From positions 41,730-105,729 of the forward strand of contig CAWHTD010000005.1 of the NCBI GenBank assembly GCA_963832135.1: a stretch of 64,000 nt of DNA, written 5' to 3'. Numbering within the stretch: position 1 is the stretch's first letter; each line of letters opens with the position of its first letter. The notes beneath the pieces are model-generated. The model was given only the letters and a program-made list of their open reading frames with translations, ran no database searches and had not been told where the DNA came from. Shown piece by piece: positions 49,972-58,742 of this stretch. A program made the translations under genes and the position numbers. The stretch comes from Vicinamibacteria bacterium. GTDB taxonomy: Bacteria; Acidobacteriota; Vicinamibacteria; Vicinamibacterales; JAENWD01.

Positions 49972-51690
49972 TCACCACTCGATGACGAGAAGAGACACCG
50001 CCTGGCGCGGCAGCGCGAAGCGAACCGTGGCGCGCGACTCCGCGACCTCGATCGTCGTCGGCCCTTGAATGGCCGCGAGCTGGCCCGCCCTCTCGAGCTG
50101 CGCATACTGTTCGGGCGTCGGCTTCGGCGGCGAGCCCAGGCGCTGCCACATCGAGTAGGCGTTACTGTGCTCGGCGTCGATGCGGAAGTGCTGGAGCCTC
50201 GCACGTCCCTCCTTCATCGCCAGGCGGTCGATCGCGAGTTCGACCTCCGCTGCTGGTCCCCCTACATCGTCGTCGTGGTAATGCCAGGCCAGGATCGTCA
50301 GCCGCTTGTCGTCGCGACTTGCGAGTGCAGAGACATCGGGCCGTCCCCGCACGCCGTCCTTGATCATGTCGTCGAGCGGCACGGCGCCGTCGCTCGTGAC
50401 AGCGACCCGCTGAGCGCCCATCCGGCTGAACATGCGAAACACGTTCATCACCGGCTGGTCGATACCATTCGTCGCCAGCACTCGGAATCCCGCGAAATAG
50501 GGTTGGTCCTCGAACTCGAACGCCCAGGTGAGGGCTCCTTCCAGGTTCACGCCGTGCCGCTCGGCCAGGTCGTGCTTGCGCGCGAAGCTGGCCGCCGTAT
50601 AGCTGGAATACATCGTCGTGTTGCGATAACCGAGCTGCGGGCCCTGGCAGGCCGCGCAGCCGTCTGGGTCGGACTCGCCAATCACGATCGGCTTGCCCTT
50701 CAGCTCAGGATAGGACGCGACGATACGGAAGCCCTCGTCGATGGTGGCGAGCTGATTGGCAATCCCCATCCGCACGTGGCCATCCAGAAAGGTCGGCCGT
50801 CCCTTGGCGTGGAACGCGACGAAGTCGAGCGGCGTGCCGACCCGGCCAGTGGCGTAATTGGTGCCGCGAAGCGCGTGCTCGAAGAAGTCGCGTGTGAACT
50901 GGCCACCGTGGCCGGCCGTATCGGGACCGCCTACTCGCGCACTCGGGAGGGCGCGGCGCACCCCATCGATCGCGTAATCGTGGAGCTTGCGGAACTCCTC
51001 GGGGGTCCCGCGCCAGTAGCCGATATTGGGCTCGTTCCAGACCTCCCAGTACCACTGCTCCACTTCCGCGCGGCCGTACTTCTCCACGCAGTGTTTGGCC
51101 CAGGCGTACGCCAGGTCGCCCCACCTCTTGTAGTCGTCGGGGGGATAGGCCCACCCGCGATAGATCTCGTCGTATTTCGCGGCAGGTGTCCATGTGTGCT
51201 GGTAAGGCTCGGGCTTGATAGACAGGTCCTTCGGCATGAACCCGATCTCGACATACGGCTTCACGCCGCGTTGAAGATACGTGTCGAAGATTCGGTCGAC
51301 GATTGTCCAGTCGAAAATGGGATTGCCCTGCGCGTCCTCGCGATAGGCGTTGGTCGAGCCCCACTTGAGCGCGGGCGTGCCGTCGCCCGACGTGAGCAGG
51401 TTGTGCGCGCGGTAGAAGACCTTCTGAGGCGCCAGCCGGCCGAGCTCGGCGATCAGCTTCTGCCCGTCCTTCATGTAGGCGTAGTTCGGCTCGTCGGCGC
51501 CGAAAAAGCGCCACACGGGCTTCAGCAGGCTCTCCGACTTGCCGGCATCGACGCGGATGACCACGGGGAAGGCAGCCGCCGGGGTCGACGGCGCCTGGGT
51601 CTCGCGCGCCCCGGCGAGGCCGACCAACGCGAGGACGCCGAACGCAACAGCGGGAACGGGAGACCGGCTCAGCACAACCGGGCGCTTCAA
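49972..51690 (-). CDS. GH39 family glycoside hydrolase (beta-xylosidase-like)
   Basis: Signal peptide. Catalytic acid/base region (EQWYWEVWNEPNIGYW) and DFVAFHAKG. Overall length fits GH39. Confidence 0.8.
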   Translation of the reverse strand: MKRPVVLSRSPVPAVAFGVLALVGLAGARETQAPSTPAAAFPVVIRVDAGKSESLLKPVWRFFGADEPNYAYMKDGQKLIAELGRLAPQKVFYRAHNLLTSGDGTPALKWGSTNAYREDAQGNPIFDWTIVDRIFDTYLQRGVKPYVEIGFMPKDLSIKPEPYQHTWTPAAKYDEIYRGWAYPPDDYKRWGDLAYAWAKHCVEKYGRAEVEQWYWEVWNEPNIGYWRGTPEEFRKLHDYAIDGVRRALPSARVGGPDTAGHGGQFTRDFFEHALRGTNYATGRVGTPLDFVAFHAKGRPTFLDGHVRMGIANQLATIDEGFRIVASYPELKGKPIVIGESDPDGCAACQGPQLGYRNTTMYSSYTAASFARKHDLAERHGVNLEGALTWAFEFEDQPYFAGFRVLATNGIDQPVMNVFRMFSRMGAQRVAVTSDGAVPLDDMIKDGVRGRPDVSALASRDDKRLTILAWHYHDDDVGGPAAEVELAIDRLAMKEGRARLQHFRIDAEHSNAYSMWQRLGSPPKPTPEQYAQLERAGQLAAIQGPTTIEVAESRATVRFALPRQAVSLLVIEW

Positions 51691-51715
51691 CGGGACGGTC
51701 CCCCGGCGGTCGGAG

Positions 51716-53362
51716 TCATGTCGTCGCGATGTGCGCCACGCTGTACGACCGGGCGGGGAGCTTGAAGGTCATGCGCGAGCCCACCGCCGGCGGATCGAGC
51801 GGCCTGGGCACGACCTGCTTCGGCTGCTCAAATGTGTTGAATGCCTTCAGATCCGGCCCGGTCAGCGTCTCGCAGGCCAGCACGCGCGTCGGCGTCGGAT
51901 CGCGCCACTCGAGGACCAGCTCCCGCTCGGCCTCGAGATCGCGATTGAGCATCAGCACCGCAACCTGCCCGTTCTGCGGATCGATGGTTGCAGCGATGTC
52001 GACAAACGGCACCTGATCGTCCCGGGCGAAATCGGCCCGCAAGCCCTCTGCGACGATTGGATACGTCTCTGACTGCACCTGCAGATCGAGAACCCTCCCG
52101 CGCGCGTATTTGAGGGCCCACGCGTAGGGGTACAGAATGCTCTGGCGCAGGACCGACGTCTTGTTCGTCATCAACGGGGCGATGACGTTGAGGATCTGCG
52201 CGAGGCAGCCGAGGCGGACGCGGTCGGACGTGCGTAGCAGCGAATTGACGAAGCCGCCAACGAGCAGTGCGTCCTCGAGGTTGTAGACTTCCTCGAGGAG
52301 CTTCGGTGCGAACGCCCGCTGCCCATTGACGTCGTTTCCTTCGCGCGCACGATACCAGACGTTCCACTCGTCGAACGACAGCCACAGCCGCTTGGGCGAT
52401 TTTTGCAGGCCCTGCACGTAGTCGCAGACCGCCGCAATCTCGTGAATCTGAAGCTCCATGTCCAGATTCATCGCAAGGAATCGCGCGCTGCTGTTGCCGC
52501 TGAGCTCCTTCGTGTTGCCGTAGTAGCAGTGGAGGGAAATCGCGTCCACCTGGTCATAACACTCTTCGAGCACTTCGCGATCCCAGACCAGGTAGGTGGG
52601 CATGATCCGGTTGCTGGAGCCGCAGGCAATCAATTTCAGCTCACGATCGATGACCCGCATCTGCTGGGCCGTGTCGCGCGCTTTCCGGCCGTATTCGCGG
52701 GCGGGCATGTGGCCTATCTGCCACGGACCATCCATCTCGTTGCCCAGGCACCAGTAGCGCACGTTGTGCGGCTGTTCGTACCCGTGGGCCCGCCGCAGAT
52801 CGCTCCACTTGGTGCCCTTGTCCACGTTGCAGTATTCGACGTAGGCGACCGCCATCTCCGCGGTGCCGGTACCGTAGTTCATGCCCAGCAACGGCTCAGT
52901 GCCCACGAGCTTGCACCAGTCGATGAAATCGTTGGTCCCGAACTGGTTCGTCTCGAGCGAATTCCACGCGCGCTCCAGCACGGTCGGCCGCTGCTTCTTC
53001 GGTCCGACGCCGTCGAGCCAGTTGTAGCCGGACACGAAATTCCCGCCCGGATACCGCATGATCGGGACGCCGAGCTCTTTGATTTGGGCGATCACGTCCG
53101 TGCGGAACCCGTTCTTGTCCGCCAGCGGCGAGTCGGGCTCATACACCCCCGTGTAGATGGCCCTGCCCAGATGTTCCAGGAACGCGCCGAGCACGCGGCG
53201 GTCCAAGTCCGCGACATAGCGCGCGCGATTGACGACCGCCCGCGCGGGACCGCCGCTGGTCTGCGCGTATCCAATCGCGCTCAACCACGACCCGGCCGCC
53301 AGCGCGGCGCCCGAACTGCCAAGATCTGCCAGGAATCGGCGACGACTCAATGGGAGGCTCAT
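51716..53362 (-). CDS. GH51 alpha-L-arabinofuranosidase (copy 2), intact
   Basis: Tat signal peptide (SRRRFLADLGSSGAALAAGSW). MRYPGGNFVSGYNW and YWCLGNEMDGPWQIGH (acid/base GNE), plus the C-terminal beta-sandwich. Confidence 0.9.
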   Translation of the reverse strand: MSLPLSRRRFLADLGSSGAALAAGSWLSAIGYAQTSGGPARAVVNRARYVADLDRRVLGAFLEHLGRAIYTGVYEPDSPLADKNGFRTDVIAQIKELGVPIMRYPGGNFVSGYNWLDGVGPKKQRPTVLERAWNSLETNQFGTNDFIDWCKLVGTEPLLGMNYGTGTAEMAVAYVEYCNVDKGTKWSDLRRAHGYEQPHNVRYWCLGNEMDGPWQIGHMPAREYGRKARDTAQQMRVIDRELKLIACGSSNRIMPTYLVWDREVLEECYDQVDAISLHCYYGNTKELSGNSSARFLAMNLDMELQIHEIAAVCDYVQGLQKSPKRLWLSFDEWNVWYRAREGNDVNGQRAFAPKLLEEVYNLEDALLVGGFVNSLLRTSDRVRLGCLAQILNVIAPLMTNKTSVLRQSILYPYAWALKYARGRVLDLQVQSETYPIVAEGLRADFARDDQVPFVDIAATIDPQNGQVAVLMLNRDLEAERELVLEWRDPTPTRVLACETLTGPDLKAFNTFEQPKQVVPRPLDPPAVGSRMTFKLPARSYSVAHIATT

Positions 53363-53402
53363 GCCGTCATCCTATAAAGAGGGATCGGGAGCGCCGCCTT
53401 CG

Positions 53403-53418
53403 TTGCGAGCGCTCGAAA
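53403..53418. promoter_or_regulatory. second LacI/GalR-type near-palindrome, TTGCGAGCGCTCGAAA
   Basis: The inner 10 bp (CGAGCGCTCG) are perfectly palindromic with a central CG. Lies in the 110-bp divergent spacer upstream of the GH51-GH39-M24 gene string. The sequence differs from the CCGTGAACGTTCACGG motif. Confidence 0.35.
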
Positions 53419-53471
53419 GCGGCGGTACCATATCACGGCAAACAAGCCATCACGGCGGCGATCAACCAATC

Positions 53472-55877
53472 ATGAATGACCTGTGGCCCTCCGCGCGTGC
53501 GCGGCTGGATATCTTCCTGGTGAGCCTGCTGATTCTTTTCCTGGAGCTGGCCTGCATCCGGTGGTTCCCCGCGCACGTGCTGTTCCTGACATTTTTCACG
53601 AACACCGTCCTGCTCGCGTGCTTTCTGGGCATGTCGGTGGGCTGCCTCGCAGCAGGATCCCGTCGCAACTACCTGCTCTGGACGCCAGGACTCCTCGCGC
53701 TCGCGCTTGGCGCGGCGCACCTGGTCGACTTCCAGCGTCGGCAGGGCGGCAGCATCGTCGATGTGGGGAACCAGGCGTCGCCCCAGCTGGTGTTCTTCGG
53801 CACTGAGTACCAGGTCGGGAATGTCTCCAGCTTCGTGATCCCGATCGAGGTGGTCTGCGGCTTCTTTTTCCTGGTGATTGCGCTGGCGTTCGTTGGACCG
53901 GGCCAGCAGCTCGGTCGGGCGCTGGACCGCGTGCGGAACCGGGTCGAGGCCTACACGCTGAATATTCTCGGGAGCATCGTGGGCATTGCGCTGTTCGCGT
54001 TGTGTGCCTGGTACGAGCTCTCGCCGATCTGGTGGTTCCTCATCGTGCTCGTCGGGCTCGCGTACTTCCTGATGCCGGATGCGCCGGTTCGCGCGATGGC
54101 GCTCGGCCTCGGTCCGGCACTCGTCCTCGTGTTGGCCGGATCCGGCAGCGCGCCGTGGGCGGCACCGGCAGGCCATGTGTCCGCCGAGCAGTTCTGGTCC
54201 CCGTACTACCGCATCGACTACGAGACCGACCCGAAGGTCATTACGGTCAATCTCATCGGTCACCAGCAGATGGTCTCGCGGCGGGAAGTGTTCCCCGCCT
54301 ACGCGTTGCCGCACCTGCTGAACCGGGATGCGGGGCGGCCTCGGTTCAGACAGGTGCTGATTATCGGCGCCGGCTCGGGGAACGACGTCAGCCGTGCGCT
54401 CGAATGGGGCGCGCAACGGGTGGACGCCGTCGAAATCGATCCGGTGATCTATCGGCTGGGCAAGCAGCACCACCCGGACCGGCCGTACGACAATCGGCGC
54501 GTCGCCGTGCACCTCGACGATGGGCGGAACTTTCTCCGGTCGACCCGAAAAAAGTACGACCTGATCGTGTACGCGCTCGTCGATTCGCTGGTCCTGCACA
54601 GTGGCTACAGCAATATCCGTCTCGAGAGCTATCTGTTCACGACCCAGGCGTTCGAGGACGTCAAGGAGCGGTTGAACCCGGGCGGCGTCTTCGTCATGTA
54701 CAACTACTTCCGGCAGGGATGGATGGTGGCGCGCCTCCGCCAGTCGCTCGAGGAGACGTTCGGGCCCCACAACTCACTCGTGCTCAACCTGCCGGCCAGG
54801 CCAAAGGTCACGCCCGATCAAGTCCTGTTCGGCGAGTTCACCGTGCTCTTCGCCGGCGCCACCGATCCGCTCCACAAGGCCTTCGACCGACACGAGGAGT
54901 ACTGGTTGCGGGCCGGCGTGGCGCCCGACACACACAAGCCGAACGGATTCGAGATGCCGACCGGGGCCGAGCGATCGGCGTGGCGCGCGCTGCCCGAGCA
55001 GACGCGCGCGGCCAGCCGCTGGATGCGGTTCTACCCGACGCGCGTGGACTCGCCGAAAGGGGGCCTGCGACTCGCCACCGACGATTGGCCGTTCCTCTAT
55101 CTGCGCGAGCCAATGATCCCGTCCTTGAGCCTGCGCGGGATGGGCATCATGGGACTGCTGGCGGTGTTGCTGATCGCGCCGTTTCTCTTCCGGCGCGGCG
55201 CCGCCGACGCTGAGCCCGTGCGCGGCGCGGCAGGCGGTCCGGGCTTTGCGATGCAGATGTTCTTCCTGGGCGCCGGGTTCATGCTGATCGAGACGAAAGC
55301 CGTCGTGCACATGGCGCTGCTGTTCGGGAGCACCTGGGTCGTCAACTCGGTGGTGTTCGTCGCCGTGCTGCTGATGATTCTGGTGGCGAACCTCTTCGTG
55401 CTGGCAGTCGGACCCCAACGCGTCGGACCCTGGTACGGAGCCTTGCTCGTCAGCCTTGTGGCGAACGCCCTCGTACCCATGGACTATTTTCTCGGCATGG
55501 ACCGGACCGCGCAGATCATCGGCTCGTGCGCTCTGGCCTTCTCGCCGGTTCTGTTCGCCGGCGTCGTCTTCGCCGTCTCGTTCAGCCGCGCAGCGAATCC
55601 AGATCGTGCGTTCGGGGCCAATATCGCTGGCGCCATGTTCGGGGGCCTGGCCGAGTACAGCTCCATGCTGCTGGGTTTTCAGTACCCTCTTGCTCGTGGC
55701 CGTCGCGTTCTATGCGCTCTCCGCCGTAGGACGCTGGCGGTATGCGGGACGGCTCGGGACGGAAGAGCGGCTGGCGGCAGTCGCGACGCCATCGAAATGA
55801 GGCAAGGGCACTCATTGCGTATTCCCTGTCGGGCGGAGAGCCATCGGCGCTACAATTCTTGCTTCGGGCATCAGTGA
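53472..55877 (+). CDS. polytopic membrane protein with embedded spermidine synthase-like (SpeE) methyltransferase-fold domain; 3' end probably frameshifted (true stop likely 55800)
   Basis: ATG at 53472 (MNDLWPSARARLDIFLVSLLILFLELACIRWFP). N-terminal TM bundle. SpeE-like core (VLIIGAGSGNDVSRAL ... VEIDPVIYRLG ... DLIVYALVDS). C-terminal TM bundle whose last helix (LLLVAVAFYALSAV) is read in the frame of ORF 55456-55800 after a CCC run near 55686. Confidence 0.7.
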   Translation: MNDLWPSARARLDIFLVSLLILFLELACIRWFPAHVLFLTFFTNTVLLACFLGMSVGCLAAGSRRNYLLWTPGLLALALGAAHLVDFQRRQGGSIVDVGNQASPQLVFFGTEYQVGNVSSFVIPIEVVCGFFFLVIALAFVGPGQQLGRALDRVRNRVEAYTLNILGSIVGIALFALCAWYELSPIWWFLIVLVGLAYFLMPDAPVRAMALGLGPALVLVLAGSGSAPWAAPAGHVSAEQFWSPYYRIDYETDPKVITVNLIGHQQMVSRREVFPAYALPHLLNRDAGRPRFRQVLIIGAGSGNDVSRALEWGAQRVDAVEIDPVIYRLGKQHHPDRPYDNRRVAVHLDDGRNFLRSTRKKYDLIVYALVDSLVLHSGYSNIRLESYLFTTQAFEDVKERLNPGGVFVMYNYFRQGWMVARLRQSLEETFGPHNSLVLNLPARPKVTPDQVLFGEFTVLFAGATDPLHKAFDRHEEYWLRAGVAPDTHKPNGFEMPTGAERSAWRALPEQTRAASRWMRFYPTRVDSPKGGLRLATDDWPFLYLREPMIPSLSLRGMGIMGLLAVLLIAPFLFRRGAADAEPVRGAAGGPGFAMQMFFLGAGFMLIETKAVVHMALLFGSTWVVNSVVFVAVLLMILVANLFVLAVGPQRVGPWYGALLVSLVANALVPMDYFLGMDRTAQIIGSCALAFSPVLFAGVVFAVSFSRAANPDRAFGANIAGAMFGGLAEYSSMLLGFQYPLARGRRVLCALRRRTLAVCGTARDGRAAGGSRDAIEMRQGHSLRIPCRAESHRRYNSCFGHQ

Positions 55878-55918
55878 GCCCCGCTGCGGACGCTCGACTC
55901 ATCCGGGTGGAGGCGCTT

Positions 55919-56269
55919 ATGCGGATCGAGCACTTCTCGTTCGGTCGAATTAGAATCGATGGCATCACCTACGAGCACGATGTAGTCATCGACGACGGGA
56001 AAATCCGGCGACGGAAGAAGAAGCCTTCCAGGAAATTCCGTACGGCCTCGGGACATACGCCCCTCTCGGCCGAGGAAAAGATTCCGTGGAAGTGCCGCCG
56101 GCTCGTTGTCGGCACCGGGTCGTACGGCAACCTCCCAGTTCTGGACGACGTGAAAGGCGAGGCAGCGCGGCTCAACGTCGAGCTCGTGATTTTGCCGACT
56201 GCCGAGGCCATCGGTACGCTGAAAAAACAATCGAAGGATACCAACGCGATCCTGCACGTCACCTGCTGA
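55919..56269 (+). CDS. Mth938-like domain protein
   Basis: 116 aa from the ATG at 55919: FGRIRIDGITYEHDVVI ... RLVVGTGSYGNLPV ... VELVILPTAEAI, typical of the Mth938/DUF498 fold. Confidence 0.6.
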   Translation: MRIEHFSFGRIRIDGITYEHDVVIDDGKIRRRKKKPSRKFRTASGHTPLSAEEKIPWKCRRLVVGTGSYGNLPVLDDVKGEAARLNVELVILPTAEAIGTLKKQSKDTNAILHVTC

Positions 56270-56374
56270 CGCGTTCCTTTGAGCGTCGCAACAGCCCTGG
56301 CCGCTGGCGGTTCGGCACCCACCGGCGGAGTCTTCCATCCAGTGCAGTCTCGACTGAGCGCGGGGGGTAAGGCC

Positions 56375-56785
56375 ATGCCAGACACGATTCGCCAGGTCGA
56401 CTATTTTTACGTACTGGTACCCCACAAACCGGGCGAAGCAGCGAGGGCCCTACGGGCGCTGAAGGATGCAGGCGTGAACCTCGTCGCGTTCTCGGGCTTC
56501 CCGGAGGGGCGCCGCGGACAGCTCGATTTCATCCCCGCCGATGTCGCGGAGTTCAAGACCGTGGCCAAGGCCAACAAGTGGAAGCTCGTCGGGCCGAAGC
56601 GAGCGTTCCTGATTCAGGGTGACGATCATGTGGGCGCGATCGCGGACATCGTTGGCGTGTTGGCAGATGCGAAGATCAACATCATCGCTATTGATGCCGT
56701 GTGCGCTGACGGTTGCTTCGGCGCGCTCTGTTGGGTGGCTCCGCGCGACGTCAAGAAGGCCGCGCAAGCCCTGATGGCAGAGTAA
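56375..56785 (+). CDS. ACT-like small-molecule-binding domain protein
   Basis: 136 aa from the ATG at 56375. Two beta-alpha-beta-beta-alpha-beta-like halves (YFYVLVPHKPGEAARALRALKDAGVNLVAF and FLIQGDDHVGAIADIVGVLADAKINIIAI). Confidence 0.5.
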   Translation: MPDTIRQVDYFYVLVPHKPGEAARALRALKDAGVNLVAFSGFPEGRRGQLDFIPADVAEFKTVAKANKWKLVGPKRAFLIQGDDHVGAIADIVGVLADAKINIIAIDAVCADGCFGALCWVAPRDVKKAAQALMAE

Positions 56786-56808
56786 GACCGGTTGGGAAAG
56801 GAGGCCTC

Positions 56809-57291
56809 ATGGCCATTCCTGTTGCGATCAGCGCCTACCTCGGGCGGAATCACGTGCACTACACGGTGATCGAGCATCCCGTCGCATACAAGGCGCAGGA
56901 GGAAGCCGTGCTCAGTCACGTTCCTGGCAGCGAGTGGGCCAAGGCGGTTGTCTGCATGGCAGACGACGTGCCGATTCTCGCAGTCCTGTCAGCGAACTCC
57001 ACCGTCGACTTGGCGCGGCTGCAGCGATTCGTGGGCGCAAAGTCGTTCAGGCTCGCAACTGAAGCCGAAATTGCTCGGCTTTATCAGGATTGTGAGTTGG
57101 GCGCCATGCCCCCATTTGGGCCGTTGTACGGGCAGCGGGTGCTCGTCGAGAAGACGCTGACAACGGATCCCGAGATAGTGTTCAACGCCGGCTCGCACCG
57201 TGAAGCCATCCGCATGGATTACGCCGATTTCGAGGCTCTGGTAAAACCGACCGTTGCCGACTTCGGCATCCCATCGAGTGCTCAAGTGTAA
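56809..57291 (+). CDS. YbaK/EbsC-type aminoacyl-tRNA deacylase-like protein
   Basis: AAAGGAGG RBS and ATG at 56809. GAMPPFGPLYG motif and overall size fit the YbaK/ProX editing-domain family. Confidence 0.65.
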   Translation: MAIPVAISAYLGRNHVHYTVIEHPVAYKAQEEAVLSHVPGSEWAKAVVCMADDVPILAVLSANSTVDLARLQRFVGAKSFRLATEAEIARLYQDCELGAMPPFGPLYGQRVLVEKTLTTDPEIVFNAGSHREAIRMDYADFEALVKPTVADFGIPSSAQV

Positions 57292-57519
57292 GCCGAGCAG
57301 AGTTTCGACCCGGTGTGCGACATCGCGGATAGCAGGGCGCTATTCCGGAGGTGCGACCGCCGGAATCTGGTCGTGGCCTGGGCTAGGCTACGATTGTCGG
57401 CTTCACAGGAGAGCAGAAGACCAGGAGACTGCTCGACGGACAGAGCCCGTCGGGTGCCGGCACGGCCATCGTCCTTCCGCGAGAAGGAGGTCCGCATCCG
57501 AGTTCGAGGACGTTTATGC

Positions 57520-57992
57520 GTGCGCGCATTGTTCGTCGCAATGTTGATGCTCGCCGCGGGGGTGTTCACCGCCCACGTTTCCGCGCAGGCGAGCGATCCC
57601 GTTATCGGGACCGGACGCTCAACGTCGCGAAGTCCACATTCAGTCCCGGTCCAGGAGCCACGAGCGGAACGGTGACGCTCGAGGCGGCCGGCCAGGGCAT
57701 CCACGTGGTGGCCGACATCGTCGACGCAAAAGGTTTCGCGCAGCACACCGAGTACACGGGCAATTGCGACGGCAAGGATAATCCGATCACCGGGGTTGCC
57801 GGTGTCGACATGGTCTCCTTGAAGCGCATCGATGCCACGTCCACGCGGAGCATCGACAAGAAGGCCGGCAAGGTCGTCCAGACGTGGGACAGGAAAGTCT
57901 CCGCCGATGGGAAGACGTTGACAGTGACCCAGAACGGGACGGACGCCGAAGGGCAAACCGTCAAGAACGTGCTGGCCTTCGCGAGGAAGTAG
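57520..57992 (+). pseudogene. secreted small beta-barrel (lipocalin-like) protein, frameshift near 57607, or an indel error
   Basis: The signal peptide (RALFVAMLMLAAGVFTAHVSAQASDPVIGT) is in the frame of ORF 57313-57675. The mature part (TLNVAKSTFSPGPGATSGTVTLEAAG ... KTLTVTQNGTDAEGQTVKNVLAFARK) is in the frame of ORF 57516-57992. Confidence 0.55.
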
Positions 57993-58109
57993 ACGAGTGA
58001 GCATGAGGCGGGCAGGGGCCGGGGAGAGCCGACCCCTGGTCCCTCATTGCCGACCGCGCCCCCGTTCGTCCGCATCAGAATCGGCAACGGGGACAAGGAT
58101 CAGGGACGC

Positions 58110-58520
58110 TCAATCCTGAGGGCCCGCCACCGAAGTGACGCGGATCTCGACGCGCAGGCTGCCCCCGGTAGGCACATCGAGCTGGCGGGGCCACTGATCA
58201 GACCTGGCAAGCACGTAACCCGAGGGCAGTGTCACCTCCGCGTGCACGCGCATGACGCCGGATCGAACGTCACAACGAAACGACCCGTCCCGCGCGGTCA
58301 CGCCGTCGCCGCGCCAGTGTCCTTCGATGTCAGCGACGGAGATGCGCAGCGACGCCACGAGTGCGCCGCGGTCATCAATGGCCACGAACACGATGGTGGC
58401 CCCGGCGAGGGGCGTCGGACCTGTGGAGACAACAAGAAAGCAGGCAGGCAGCGTGAGCAGCGCGACGATCGGGATGACGACCCGCCACGATGCGGACAAC
58501 GCGTAAGGCGCTCTCCCCAT
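58110..58520 (-). CDS. hypothetical lipoprotein
   Basis: AAGGGG RBS and ATG at 58520. Lipobox-like LLTLPAC, followed by a beta-rich roughly 100-aa domain. No family recognised. Confidence 0.45.
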   Translation of the reverse strand: MGRAPYALSASWRVVIPIVALLTLPACFLVVSTGPTPLAGATIVFVAIDDRGALVASLRISVADIEGHWRGDGVTARDGSFRCDVRSGVMRVHAEVTLPSGYVLARSDQWPRQLDVPTGGSLRVEIRVTSVAGPQD

Positions 58521-58742
58521 GCCCCTTACTGTGCGCCTCTCAGGGCGCCAGCGCAATTACTGGTGCAATCGGTCTCAATAGGCTTTGGCAATCGAGGACG
58601 CTCGTCGCGGTGCGTCGCGAGCGCCTCGGGCGATGGCTTCTGATTTGCGATAATTTCGAACCGTCGCTGCGCAAACAGCGTCATCCGCGACGCTTCAGAA
58701 CGCCGGCGATTTGCGCCCCGGCCAGCGTGGAAGGGACGATCG

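Noticed and set aside
53229-53471. The N-terminal 81-codon extension of the SpeE-like ORF, and similar long 5' extensions of ORFs 3781-5238, 41389-43206, 48405-50204, 55742-56269 and 56279-56785.
   Set aside because: The extensions overlap upstream genes or lack hydrophobic and domain character. Internal ATG or GTG codons with an RBS and signal or TM sequences give more plausible starts.
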